A DNA stretch of 64,000 bases from Enoplolaimus lenunculus (Eukaryota): assembly GCA_030248215.1 (NCBI GenBank), contig JASANG010001128.1, positions 124,001 to 188,000 on the forward strand, given 5' to 3'. The position numbers and the translations under genes are program-made. Positions 14,301 to 27,232 of this stretch are shown here, in pieces. Within the stretch, counting starts at the first letter, position 1. Each line of letters opens with the position of its first letter. Under the pieces are notes generated by a model that was given only the letters and a program-made list of their open reading frames with translations, was not told the DNA's origin and ran no database searches.

Positions 14301-15238
14301 AACAGCATAACAGTTAAGCTATGCTCTATAGTGCCGCTAGAAGCTAACAGCATAACAGTTAAGCTATGCTCTATAGTGCCGCTAGAAGCTAACAGCATAA
14401 CAGTTAAGCCACGCTCTATAGTGCCGCTAGAAGCTAACAGCATAACAGTTAAGCTATGCTCTATAGTGCCGCTAGAAGCTAACAGCATAACAGTTAAGCT
14501 ATGCTCTATAGTGCCGCTAGAAGCTAACAGCATAACAGTTAAGCCACGCTCTATAGTGCCGCTAGAAGCTAACAGCATAACAGTTAAGCTATGCTCTATA
14601 GTGCCGCTAGAAGCTAACAGCATAACAGTTAAGCTATGCTCTATAGTGCCGCTAGAAGCTAACAGCATAACAGTTAAGCTATGCTCTATAGTGCCGCTAG
14701 AAGCTAACAGCATAACAGTTAAGCTATGCTCTATAGTGCCGCTAGAAGCTAACAGCATAACAGTTAAGCCACGCTCTATAGTGCCGCTAGAAGCTAACAG
14801 CATAACAGTTAAGCTATGCTCTATAGTGCCGCTAGAAGCTAACAGCATAACAGTTAAGCCACGCTCTATAGTGCCGCTAGAAGCTAACAGCATAACAGTT
14901 AAGCTATGCTCTATAGTGCCGCTAGAAGCTAACAGCATAACAGTTAAGCTATGCTCTATAGTGCCGCTAGAAGCTAACAGCATAACAGTTAAGCTATGCT
15001 CTATAGTGCCGCTAGAAGCTAACAGCATAACAGTTAAGCTATGCTCTATAGTGCCGCTAGAAGCTAACAGCATAACAGTTAAGCTATGCTCTATAGTGCC
15101 GCTAGAAGCTAACAGCATAACAGTTAAGCCACGCTCTATAGTGCCGCTAGAAGCTAACAGCATAACAGTTAAGCTATGCTCTATAGTGCCGCTAGAAGCT
15201 AACAGCATAACAGTTAAGCTATGCTCTATAGTGCCGCT
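14301..15238. repeat. 45-bp minisatellite, ~21 near-identical copies
   Basis: Unit aacagcataacagttaagc(tat/cac)gctctatagtgccgctagaagct. Confidence 0.98.
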
Positions 15239-15828
15239 GTCCGTCTTCTTACAAATATCACGACAATTAGTCGCCTGACCAAACTCGTCGACTGACGTTT
15301 TTTAATTAAAACTCGCCAACTCGACAATTTGTCGTTAACCATTATGCCTTGGCTTAGGCTTATCATTATGCTTAGGATTATGCTTAGGCTTAAGCCCAGG
15401 ACACTGTTGTGCGACGAGTTGTCGGGCAACGAGCTGCAGATTCCTTCGTACGCCAATGCATGCAGATGAAAGCACAACAGCTTGCTGTGGCACGTGCAGG
15501 CGCGCAGTATTATGGTTGATGCGAATACTTTTTTCTGATTGGCTAAGTCATCGCCATCTATTGGCTGCCTACTGGTTTGTTTTAATGAGCAAAGCGGAAT
15601 CAAGCAGGATTACGACTATCGAGTAACCATCCAATCAGAAAACACAGATTTGTCTGACATGATTCCGCCTTTGGCTAGCCCAAGTCGTAATTCCGCATTG
15701 GACTAGCCCAAATCGGAATTGGGCTGAAGTACGACTTGGGCTACGGCATACATACGACAAAATTATTTTGTTGAGGTTGTTTATTCTGTATATTCCGAAG
15801 ATAAATATTTCATATATTTCTATTTTAG

Positions 15829-15874
15829 AAACGACGAAGCAACAAGAAATTGACCAGAAGACAAACACTTAATG
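15829..15874 (+). CDS. Small coding exon 3 of the long isoform (KRRSNKKLTRRQTLN)
   Basis: tattttAG acceptor, G|GTAAGT donor, 46 nt, phase 0 to 1, compatible with the phase-1 SAM exon at 40389. Confidence 0.65.
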
Positions 15875-16318
15875 GTAAGTATGAATTTAACATTGAAAGG
15901 GTATAATGGGTGCAACCAGATATTAGTGTACCGGAACCGACCAGGTACTTATATTGAATTTTTTACCGAAGCAGGAACCGGATACTGGATATGTTGAAAT
16001 AATTTATTTTTTCGCTGTACTTCTAGCGTGCTCAAGGTTTTCGTCTGTTATAAAATTGATAATTGCTGCTGTTAAATTGAAATTATACAAAAATGTGTTT
16101 AACTCTCGTTCGCTTAAGTTAAAAATAGTTAAAACGTATCACAACTTGAATTTCTTGACTTGCCCAGAAATGTAATCTCAGCCAGATATTATAAACGCTT
16201 ACTTGTAAAAAGCAATTTTATGATATTTGGTACCACAACTGTAAATATCCGGTATGCGGTTGGAGGCTGCCACCAGCAAGCAAGCTAGATCTTAATCTGA
16301 TCCGGGGTTGAAACCTTG

Positions 16319-16504
16319 GGCCCATGTTACTTTTAGGTTCATCCAGGTTTCTAGTTGGTCTGTAAAAGACTAAATTTAGATTCTAGATTGCATTTTTTGT
16401 TTAGGCTTAGGCTTACGAACACACTTGTGCAACGCTTAGGCTTAGGCTTAGGTAGAAGAATACACGCTTAATCTACTGTTACGCCCTTAAAAGTAACATT
16501 GGCC
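16319..16504 (+). mobile_element. MITE family B (GGCC-ended, TTAGGC-containing, sister of family A)
   Basis: ggcccatgttactttt...aaagtaacattggcc; shared body with 21727, 27015 and 32681. Confidence 0.8.
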
Positions 16505-18430
16505 AGAAGTTGTATATTTCGTAGAAACCTCATTAAAATCGAGGAACGTCTATATTTCTGTATTTTGCGTCTAGACATTGTTTAATTGTTATATTTTATA
16601 TCTGTAAACACAACTGAACAGGGCTGCCAACTATCAATATTGAACTAATTTTGACCGACATTCTTATACGCCTTGCCTGAAAAAGCTTTATGATCAATAC
16701 GAGGCAGGAGGGTGCCTAAGAAAGGGCGCCACCCTCGTACCTTAGTCCCACCCATAGGTCAAAAATATCTAGAGTTGAAAGAAATCGATTTTGCGTAAAT
16801 TTTGTTCTGCCCTCGCGATACATTTTCCTGCCACCTTTCACTATTAAATTCCTGGTACCTGGACTGGCAAAGCTAAGCGGTTTCAATCACCTAAAATAGC
16901 CAAAGATAGCGAACTGTGTTGAATAAATGAAATGGTTCAAAACCAAAATATATTTTAATTAATATACATGTATAAACTGGATTGCTATAATCAAGAGTGT
17001 CCACAAAAAATCATATTTAGGGGCTGCCGAATGGGAACCCCTACAATGGCAATTCAAGATTGTTTACTTATAGACCGAGTCGATTTGAGGGACACCAGTA
17101 GAATTTGGAAGGACACGGCCCTCCAATGCGCCGTGTAGTGACGCCCTTGGCTATAATTCAAAATATAGCCGTAAAATCGGTACCTCAAAGAAAACTTGTG
17201 TTAGCCTCTTGCTAGTAAGCCTACATACACGTGTGATATGAAGCATATATTCCCTAAAACAACAGGAAAGGCATGGACCTTTTAACCTTCTGGATCTTAG
17301 AGGTCAAAGGTGTGTCCTCGATTACTACGCTTGTTCTCAGAATACGTTTATCTAAAGTTATACTATGCCGAGATTAAACCTTGACTACACGCTTGTCTCA
17401 CTAGTATTTTAGACGAAATATTTGGTCGAAACAGGATTGTTCTGTTTTACCAGAGAAAATTTGCAGCTGTCCCAATTTTCCTGGTGACGTGCCCCCATGA
17501 CCTAAATGATGACTGCCAATGTATAAAATAAGTTCGTAACAGTAGTATAAGCATATTCCTAAGTCGAAGCCTAAGCGGATCTACGTCAATTAGCTAAAAT
17601 GTTTAGAAATTGTTATTGAAAAATATAGTCAATTGCGGTAAATAACATTTTTCGACTACTCGTTTCTTTGTGCCACGTCATCAATGTGACCCACCAATCA
17701 AAATGATTTATTTTTGAATTAAATGTGTAGCACCTGCCAGTTACGAAGGTCAGCGGGGGTTACTGGGTAAAATTCGAAATTTGGTTGAAATTTTCGTGGT
17801 CATTTTATTGTTGGTTTGAATTTAACATTATCATGGTAGCGTCAGAGGTGGATCTAAAAATTTTTGACGTTGGCAAATTTTATGAAACGCAAAAATTGTA
17901 ACGTGGGGACCTTATCATTTTATCACCAAAAAATTTTCTGAGAGCAAAGAATTGTAAGGTAGGAGGGATATTACCATTTTAAACAATTCTGTGGGAAAAA
18001 TTGATTTTTACAAAAAATTTTCTGAGGAGAAAAATTGTAAGGTAGGGAGGGACCTTACTATTTTAACACAAAAAATGTTAAGATGGGCCGGATTTTTGGA
18101 AAAGGGAAAGATTTTGTATTTTAAGTTGGAAAGAAACGATTTCCACCGGGGAAAAGTAATATTTTCGCGGGGGGTTTGGTTCGAGGTCTGACAACTGGTA
18201 TCGGAACATACAGGCTACAACTATTTTTGCTTCAAATATTTAATCTATTGGGAGTGGATCCTATCGGGAGTGGAACCACGATTTTATTTCGCAAGGGTTA
18301 TACATTTTAGACAAATTGATGATTAAGCTTAGCAAACGAGGAAATTTTATTAATGACAAGTATGCGATATTGGTTAATTTTAAAACCTGTAAAAGTGCCC
18401 GTTTTCTATTAAGTTTTCCGCTTCTGTATA

Positions 18431-18641
18431 CACAGCAAAAATGGTGAGACAAATTGACTCTCTCCGAAATAGGTTTTTCCGGACTGCACAAATTGAGTCA
18501 AAATTCGACTCCGCCAGAGTCAAATTCGACTAACCAAGCGACACAGTCGAATTTGACTCTGGCGGAGTCAAATTTTGACTCAGTAGTCCGGAAAAGCCTA
18601 TTTCGGCGACAATTAATATTTGACTTACCATTTTTGGAGTG
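18431..18641. mobile_element. Fold-back palindromic MITE family D (~210 bp, TA TSD)
   Basis: cacagcaaaaatggtgagac...ttgacttaccatttttggagtg; almost the whole element is an inverted repeat. Confidence 0.85.
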
Positions 18642-19950
18642 TATATTCTGTGACTATAATCTATTGTATACACGTAAGCCACCTGCCTTAATAGAATTTT
18701 ATTTTGTTGCAAACTTCCGTTTTGAATTCCCATAGAATGTTCAGCCATCTGTGACAAACAAACCCGAACAACAGCTCATCTTTGCCAGTTGAAGCTAAGT
18801 ATTTTTCAGGAGCGGCATACAAGACTTTCGATGACTTACAAGCAAGGTTGAAAATGTTCTTGAGGGAGCCAAATTTCTTCCTCCTAGGGAAGCTGAGCAC
18901 TCGCGGGCCCCCTACTGGCTACACGGCCGGTGGCCATCCTATTTTCACCACTCTGACGAATTTTTTGACACACACAGCGTTAGTCAGTTCTATCTGACAA
19001 TTGTGATAAGTGTTATACACAGTTGAGAATACGTCACGGACCTTTGATAAAAGCGACAATTATGCGTTTACCGCTGCTATCTGCAATGCTTATAAATCTT
19101 TAGGCTTGCAATTAAATTTCTTTAACCGGGTTGTTTACACGTCTTTGCCGAGCACATAACATCTGTCGACAACTAATTCTAATAAGATATTTCTATTTAT
19201 TGGCCAAACCTGAACTATCACGTATAAATATATGTAAATATCGGGCCTGTAGCTAACGGGGCAGAGGGGGAGGGTTCTGGGGCCCCGTATAAAAAATTTG
19301 CCCCCCCCCCCTGTGAAAATTTTCAACCTTGCTTGTAAGTCATCGAAAACCCTTGTATGCCCCTTCAGGAAATTTTTTAGCCCCCCTAGCAAGGTAAGCT
19401 GGCTGCTGTCCTGGTGAAGATATATGTCAACCTTCGAGTCGTATTTAATTCAATTAATTAAACTCGAAGGAGTTTAGTTTGAAATCCGACGGTTAAATTT
19501 AGGCACCGTTAGGTTATAAACAAGGTTTTAGAAGTCTGAATCAGTTTTTGGCTTCTTAGACCGTCATACCAAGAGTAATTTAGGTCGAATGTACCATTGC
19601 CCGACAATTTGTCTCATGACAACAACTATCAGTCTGAAATCTGATCGACTCGACAATTTGTCCACTGTGCTGCTTAAGATTTAGGTTTAAGCTTTAAATG
19701 CTTAGGCTTAGGTTTACAATGCTATCGGGCGACAAAATTTTCGTAGATTTCCGTACGGTTTATGAACATTTCGTAGCGAGAAAACGTATTTTTTAGTGTT
19801 TGTTTTTGAAGATTTCAAAATTGTAAAGTTCAACTTTCGAGATGTGTAAAAATCTGTCTGTTCAAGCTCAAGCTAATATATTCACATATCAGTCCGTAAA
19901 TCCAAAAAATGTATGCGATTCAGAATTTTTTAAGAAACAAATTAGGTTGC

Positions 19951-20353
19951 GCTAGTGACCCGAATGAGAAGAGGGTCCCCATTTTGAGTCCCAATCAGTA
20001 GGAGTCCGAATCCTTAAAAAGAGTACGTACGCGGATAGAGTCCTTAAACCCTAATTAGAGTCCATAAATGTCAATTATCCCTAATTATAGCGCATAAATG
20101 ACTACAGGACGAAATAAAGTTAAGTTCGAATAAGTTTTGAAAGCACTTGCATTATTGCTCAAGCTATTGACACAAGACAAATAAACGTTTAATTCGACGG
20201 ACAGTTACAATACCGGATATATATCTGTAACGAAGGGCGGCGGAGGGCTGGTTGGAAATAAATAACATCCGTAACCGAATAACAAGGGGGGTACCCTCTG
20301 GAAAGGCCAAATAAATATCAGTTCCCGTCCCTCTCTTATTCGGGTCACTACAG
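19951..20353 (+). mobile_element. MITE family C (TIR CTGTAGTGACCCGAATAAGA, TA TSD; Tc1/mariner-like)
   Basis: Ends cttattcgggtcactacag|ta; body shared with 20728, 35321 and 57342. Confidence 0.82.
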
Positions 20354-20727
20354 TAGGCTTTAAGGGCTGTGGTTCGAAAAGAATTTTTTTAATATTCCAA
20401 TTCCGATTCCGATATAATCCAGATCCGCTTTGTGCTCTGCTACAATATTCACATTTCCCAATTTCAGCAAACATTGTGTTTTTTTCTAAATTCTGAAAAT
20501 AGTTTTCAAACTGTTTTTAACAAAATATTTTACAGCAAATTTTGGTTAAGTTTGAGTTTCGCTTCAGGCAACGATTATTATATATGGAGGTTATCGAATC
20601 TCAATGATTTGCAAGACTAATTTGTATCGAAAGTCTTTGTTTACATTAAAGTTTTTAAATTTAGTTGCTATCATGAGCGAATGCCAGTAATGCAAACAAC
20701 TTACAACAGATTCTGAACAAACTCCAA

Positions 20728-21180
20728 TTGTAATGAGCCGAATAAGACGGGGTTAATGAGACAGGGGTCCCTATTTTGACCCCAATCAATAAGAGTCCGT
20801 ATCCCTAATAACAGTCTGTAAGCGGATAGAGTCCTTAAACCCTAATTAGAGTCCATAAATGTCAATTATTCCTAATTGTAGCGCATAAATGACTCCAGGA
20901 CCAAATAGTTTGAGTTAGAAACTTTAAAGCATACTTAAGTTTTGAAGGAACATTTGTAAGTATAACCTTGCATTATTGTTCAAGCTATTGTCACGACAAA
21001 TAACCGTTTAATTCAACGGATAGTTGCAACGCCGTAGATATCAGTATACCAAAATGCGACATAGGGCGATAGGGCGGGTTAAAAATAATTGACGGTCTGT
21101 AACCGAATAATAAAGGGTGTGGTAACCTCAGGAGAGGTCAAATAAATATCAGTCCACCCATCTTATTCGGGTCACTACAG
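20728..21180 (+). mobile_element. MITE family C
   Basis: ttgtaatgagccgaataaga...tcttattcgggtcactacag|ta. Confidence 0.82.
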
Positions 21181-21726
21181 TAGGCTGTTTGGTGGTCGCT
21201 TAGCTTTAGGTTTATCCATCAATGTAGACTTATTGATGTTTTGTCGCTTCCGCTTAACCTAAAGACATGCCCGTAGACAGTTCACCTTGCTAGTGGCGCA
21301 GAAAAATGTTTCAGGAGGGGCATACAAGGCTTTTCGTAAGTCTTACAAGGAAGGCTGAAAGCGTTGTAAGGGGTGCAAAAGTGTTTCTAGGTGACGACTT
21401 GTTCCGGTATCTATTCGATACATCGGCTAAATGGTCTAAACTCGTTCGATGTTTAGAACATTCATTGATTCCATTGTAAAAATATGGACACCAATCCGTG
21501 ATCCCTCGGTCTATCTGATATCGGTAGCAAAATTCAAGTTACCCCCTCTCTCTGTGCCTTTCAAGTTTTACCCTCAGGGTCCCTAAAAATATTGCCTCAA
21601 ACGTCGCCGCATACAAACAAAAGGTTGATTTTAGCAAAAAAATGTAAATTTTAAAAATTTTACGACGTTTTGTGAATGCGAAATTTTCGTAACTTCATCA
21701 GTCTGCAATTTTATGAAACTGAGGTA

Positions 21727-21906
21727 GGCCCGTGCTACTTTAAGGGGCGTCCAGGTTTATGGTGGGTCTGTAAAAGAGTAGGTTTAGATTCGAGAACACA
21801 TTTTTTTGCTTAGGCTTAGGCTTAGGAACACATTTTAGTAATGCTTAGGCTTCAGGGTTAGGAATACGCTTAATTTACTGTTACGCCCCTTAAAGTTACA
21901 TTGGCC
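21727..21906 (+). mobile_element. MITE family B
   Basis: Family TIRs; actgaggt on both flanks. Confidence 0.82.
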
Positions 21907-23363
21907 ACTGAGGTTATAAACTTGTACTGAGACTGCGATGCAAGCAACGTACTGTTTAACGTTTTGGACGGCTGAGGCCGAAACGAACGAAATCAGGATG
22001 ACAGACACAATAGCCACCAGAATATTCGGCCGGGGTGCGCAGGTTGAGCTTAAGTTATATAGAATGACAGTGTCACGCCGTTGGGTAATATTTTTGGCTT
22101 TTCATGACTACATACAGGGCCGGAGTAGGCTAGGGTGGCGTCCCATAAAATTCCAGGGTGGTGGTTTCTTGCGATGATCAAAATATTTTTCAAATATTTT
22201 GTTTAAAGTCTTATTAGGGTGGGGGCCTTTTGGGGTGGACCCCCGTAAATAGCGGTGGAAGGTAACTGCTCCGGCCCTGCATGCATATTTAAAAATTACT
22301 TCGATATCCAGAGGGAAAGGCTGGATCAGCGGCACCCTTTCCTTTACATTGGAATCACCTGTAATTGCAGGCGCCCTGTCTGCAAGCCGAGTAGTAAAAT
22401 TTGACTCAAACTTATACAGACAGCATTGTTCAAAGTTGTAGTTCATTTTGCTTTGTGCAAAAATCATTTTTGAATTTAAATTTATCAGAAAAATTGTATT
22501 TTCAGTCTATTTACTGTACGATGTGCGTCGGCAGTAAATTCGACGGTCGCGAGGCAGGGTCGCTTCGGTTTATTTTCCACCCAGCTCGCATTCGATGAGA
22601 AATAATTGGATTTTGAAAATATTTGCATATTTCAGCTTTTCATAACTTTCAATACAAAGACGTCCGCAGGAAATTATATATGACGGGCACCGAATAATCT
22701 TGGGGCGGGGGGGGGGGGGTCCTTGTTGAAATTTTTAAGAAAACTCGGAATGGATCGAAAAATCTATCACAATGTCTGGCCGAGTCTATTTGGGGAGCGC
22801 TAGCTGAATTTGGCGAGCGTGGCCCTGAATCTCCCCGTGGGGCCTTTGTGTTTTAAAGCTACAAAATTTTTGGAATATTACTTTATACCAAGAGTGGATG
22901 ATGCATACTAACAAGAATATGCAACTGGGTACATTCTGTGTAGAAAACAATGTATCCGGCACGTGTTGCGTTTTTACCCAACCCCCTTTATTTAGAGGGA
23001 AGGTACAACCTGTGCGAACCATGATACTTTACGTATGCGGTGTCAAACACGCTCCTGTTGCAGTTTAATTTACGGTTATTGCATGTGACAGCGATTCCCG
23101 TCTAAACAAGGGAGGGTCGGCCAAAAACGCAACGCCCGGTGGTACATTGTGTTCCATGCGAAATCCAAAGGGTTGCACACTCTTGTATCATGCACTCTTG
23201 TTTACACGCAGGTTAACGTGAGCAGGTGATCTGAAATGCAGAGTTTAAGTTATTAATTATTATGGTTGCCAAAATTATATTGAAGATAGCTGATTGCTTG
23301 TTACCTTTATGTTCAAATCGCTTTGGGCACAGTGTGAAGTTATGTGAAATAATTTGTAACATC

Positions 23364-23705
23364 AGCCCATGTAAAGATCAGCGGCGGAACGTTTTTCTGT
23401 GGGACTGCAATAGAGTATGCTAACGTTCTTTCGACTATTTTTCTTGTTCAGACTACGGCTTAGGTATAAGCTTATTTTTAAGTTTAGGCTAAGGCTTAGG
23501 TTTAAGCTCATTTTTACGCTTAGGCTTAGGTATAACCTTATTTCTAAGTTTAGGCTAAGGCTTAGGTTTAAGCTCATTCTTACGCTTAGGCTTAGGTATA
23601 ACCTTATTTCTAAGTTTAGGCTTAGGCTTAAGCGTACGCTCATTCTTACAATAGGCTTAGGCATATGCTTATACTTCTGTAACGACCCTGTCCTATACAT
23701 TGACC
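23364..23705 (+). mobile_element. MITE family A with expanded ~60-bp internal units
   Basis: agcccatgtaaagatcagcggcggaac...ctatacattgacc; internal tandem TTAGGC-rich units. Confidence 0.82.
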
Positions 23706-26700
23706 GTATGTTCTATGTGAAATGCAGGTACGTCTCTAGAGGGTTTCAGGGCTCCCGTATTCTTGAAATATTTCACCCTTTTGTGAGTTATATACCGGTA
23801 TTTAATTCGTTGAAAATTTCCGAATGTCAATTATTAGTCCCCTGCGCCTGGGAATACGGACCAACAAGCCTGTAGCCAGCTCAACTTACCGTAGGGCTGC
23901 AATATGATTCAGAAGGCGCATACAAGTATTTTCGATGACTTTCAAGCAAGGTTGAAAACTTTCTAAGGCGGATGCAAAACTATTGCATGAGATAGGCTGA
24001 GCACCCTGACACCCCTCTGGCTACGGGACCGCGTCGCCTATATAACACGCTGATATCCAAGTTTGGTTCTATCAAATTTGAAACCAGAACCAAATGACAA
24101 GTTTGTAGCTGTTATAACATTTACTTACTCATGCCAAAGTAATAAATTTTTTACCTGGTGTGTAATATTTATTGAACCATTTTGAGCCACGGCAGGAAGG
24201 ACATTCCTGCGTCACCCTGCGGCAAAGTTTGACAAACCAAATGGCTTCGGCTGTGATTGTAGTAAATGAAGCGTATAATACCGCATGGCGACATAGCTAA
24301 TAATCTATGACAAATTATTTAGAATATCGAATATATTTTATTCACGCTAGCTTTGTTAGACTGTGAAGTCTTCGACTAGTGACAGGGTTTGTAATCAGCA
24401 GCGTAACCATGATTTCATTTCGGCAGTACACAGATAACTTCCTGATTTAAAAGGTTACTGCTAGCAAACTAGCAAGAATATTTTTTCGACTGTAGGATAG
24501 AAGATTCTTCGATTACCGTCCCGAGCCGGCTGTTTGTCCAAAAATGGCCAGATTTCCAAAATTTTGAGCATATTTGGGCTTTCCATGCCCTCCCCGTAGC
24601 AGCGTCTGCCTAAATTGGAATTTTTGAAACACCCAAAGAAAAGTTTTGACAAAAATACACAAATTCTGTGTAATTAGCTTGCGAAACTGAGTCGAATTAA
24701 TTTTTTTGTCCATCAGACGATTGGCTAACGAGTTACAGTTAGATATCTGATTTGGCGTCGTCCCACTTGGTTGGCAGCGTGCCAAATCACTTATTTTACC
24801 ATGAGGACCTTGGGTTCTTAAAAGTAGAATTTTTGAAAAATTTCAATTTAGGCGTGGAATGATCACGCGAGGCCATGAAAAGCTCGAATTTATCCAAATT
24901 GCAGAAACCCGGCCACTGTTTAAAAACTTAAAGTTAAATTATAGCTTAACTAAACTTGAATATTAGTTTAAAGTAAAACTTAAATGGCTGGACGGACGAA
25001 CTAAACTACAATTTTAAAGTTTACTTAAACTGTTTTTAAGTTTAACACGAGTTTAAGTAAACTTATTTTTAGTTTAAGTGACAAGTGCAGCACAGAAATT
25101 ATGTGAATCTAAGAGTTCATTAAGTTTAGCTTAAACTGAAAATAAGTAGTATTTTAAATGAGTTTTAACGTAAACCTACCAGTTAGTTTAGTTATTCTAG
25201 AAAGTTAGTTTAATATTGCTGGATTACCTTAAGCTTAAATCAAGTTAGTTGAAGGTTTTAAAGAGCATTTTTACGCAAATGCCGACTGGGAGCATAGCCA
25301 CAAAAACCTAGTCTGCTATATTTAAGCATCCAGCTGGTCCGTTCTGTTCCATTTCCAAATTTCAAAGAACAACTTGGATTGCTATCCTGAATCTGTACAA
25401 CCTTAAGACGCGATCCTTAAAATAACTCTTTTTCTCGCGGACGTCAACGTTTCAGCGTTTTTAAATTTAAAATTTGTCGAACAACTTTAAGTTCATAGGA
25501 ATATTTTATAATATATTTAAATCTTAAACTCCTGTCTACCATATAAACGGGCTGTATTTTCGTACTTTTTGTTCGAAACGTTTTCGTATTTTGAAAATAT
25601 TTAAGTATAGAAACAAACAAAAAGCAAGTCAACTTTGAAATAAAGAAGAATATAAACAGAATCGTTGCTAGAATTTCATTGTAGACGGGTATAACTTAAA
25701 GTACATCTTTTTGGCGAACAAACGTAGAAAATTAGTTTTCGTCAAGATAGCAGTAGGTCAAAGCCTGTAAAACAATCTATTTCTGACATACCTCCTGTAA
25801 TTTTGAACGTCATACGTTGTAGCCCAAGCCGTACAGTGACCATCAATCAGAAAACACGCAGCTTTATGAGACATAATTCCGCCTTACGCCGCTAACTGGG
25901 ATTTTTCACACAGACGATGCAACGCAGCTGTACAATACTAACGTGTTGGACGTCTGTTACTAGCGCTAGTCAATCTAGCGTTGACGGATCCAATGGATGG
26001 TGTGGGCATCCACTCCATGGTCCCGTCAACAATTATTGCCGTAAACCAAAATGTTGTACGTATCTTTAAGATTTATTGCACAAATTGCGTTTAACTTCTC
26101 GCTCTCTTCGTTCTCGAAAGTATTTTCACAATTATATATCGTGTGTCCCCCCCAGTCTCTACACGGATCCTCAACGTGTCCTATTGTCTAAAATTTGACT
26201 CAATATTTTTCAACGTATGTACACGTGTACTGAGTTTTAAATTGCCGTATTCTGAGTTTAGCGAAAAAAAGTTTTCAAGTCTTCATTTTCTAAGTCGAAA
26301 ACTTAAATTTGAATTTTCGTCAAATCTTTTTTCTACCATGTACTCGGCAGGCCTGTAGCCAACTCACCTTGCCGGGGGGGGGGGGCTAAAAACGGTTCAG
26401 GAACGGCATACAACGGTTTTCGATGACTTACAAGCAAGGTTGAAATTTTTCTGAGAGGTGCAAAATGCTTCCAGGGCCCCTCTGGATATGGAGCCGGCAT
26501 CCAAAGAGTTGGTTTTAAGGTGCAATTTTCGTAGGATTAAGCTGGCCATTATAAACCTGCAGCACCCAGTGTCTTGTGGACCAACTGGTATTCGGGTCAT
26601 TCAACAAAATGTAAAAATCTTGGATATTATTTTTTGACCCAGTCAGAAGTGATCTGGTTGATATCAAAATGCCATGGCCCGTTTTTAGGTACGAGTCCAG

Positions 26701-27014
26701 CTCTGAACCAATGAGCGTTGCTGTGGAACTTTGTGTATTATCTTCTACTACGAAAATATCTTGTACCTGTACATTCTGTCTATAATTAAAATTTAAGCCT
26801 AATCCTAAGCGTATAAGTGCGCCGCAAGTTGAGTCAAGTTTTGTGAAACGACAAAACCCATAAATCACCAGTTAGCAATACGTTTTCAAACTGTTTCCGT
26901 CCGGAAAAAAACGGTGCCCACAGACAACCATCATAAAATCTTTCGTCATTTCCGGTACCGGTCCCGGTCTTCCCAAAATGTCTCAATCCGCCTGCTGTTT
27001 GATAGACCCAAAAG

Positions 27015-27232
27015 GGCCAATGTTAGTTTTAGGGGCGTAACAGTAGATTAAGCGTATTCGTAAGCCTAAGCCTAAGCGTTGCCAAAATGTGTTCTTGAGC
27101 CTAAGTCTAAGCCTAAGCGTAAGAAAAAAAGTTCCTAAGCCTATGCCTAAGCAAAAAACGTAATCTAGAATCTAAGCCTACTCTTTTATAGACCCACCAG
27201 AAACCTGGACGTCCCATAAAGTAACATGGGCC
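27015..27232 (-). mobile_element. MITE family B
   Basis: ggccaatgttagtttt...aaagtaacatgggcc; caaaag on both flanks. Confidence 0.82.

Noticed and set aside
14192..15278. 338-aa and 339-aa ORFs on opposite strands
   Set aside because: Pure translations of a stop-free 45-bp tandem repeat inside an intron; no splice or domain support.
23417..23875. LRLRLR/LGLGLG-type ORFs (also 37781, 53451, 34661, 32680)
   Set aside because: Translations of TTAGGC-rich MITE interiors.
26515..26868. 117-aa minus-strand ORF (and the 92-aa ORF at 52124-52402)
   Set aside because: No recognisable domain or splice support; possibly decayed transposon sequence, but I cannot show that.
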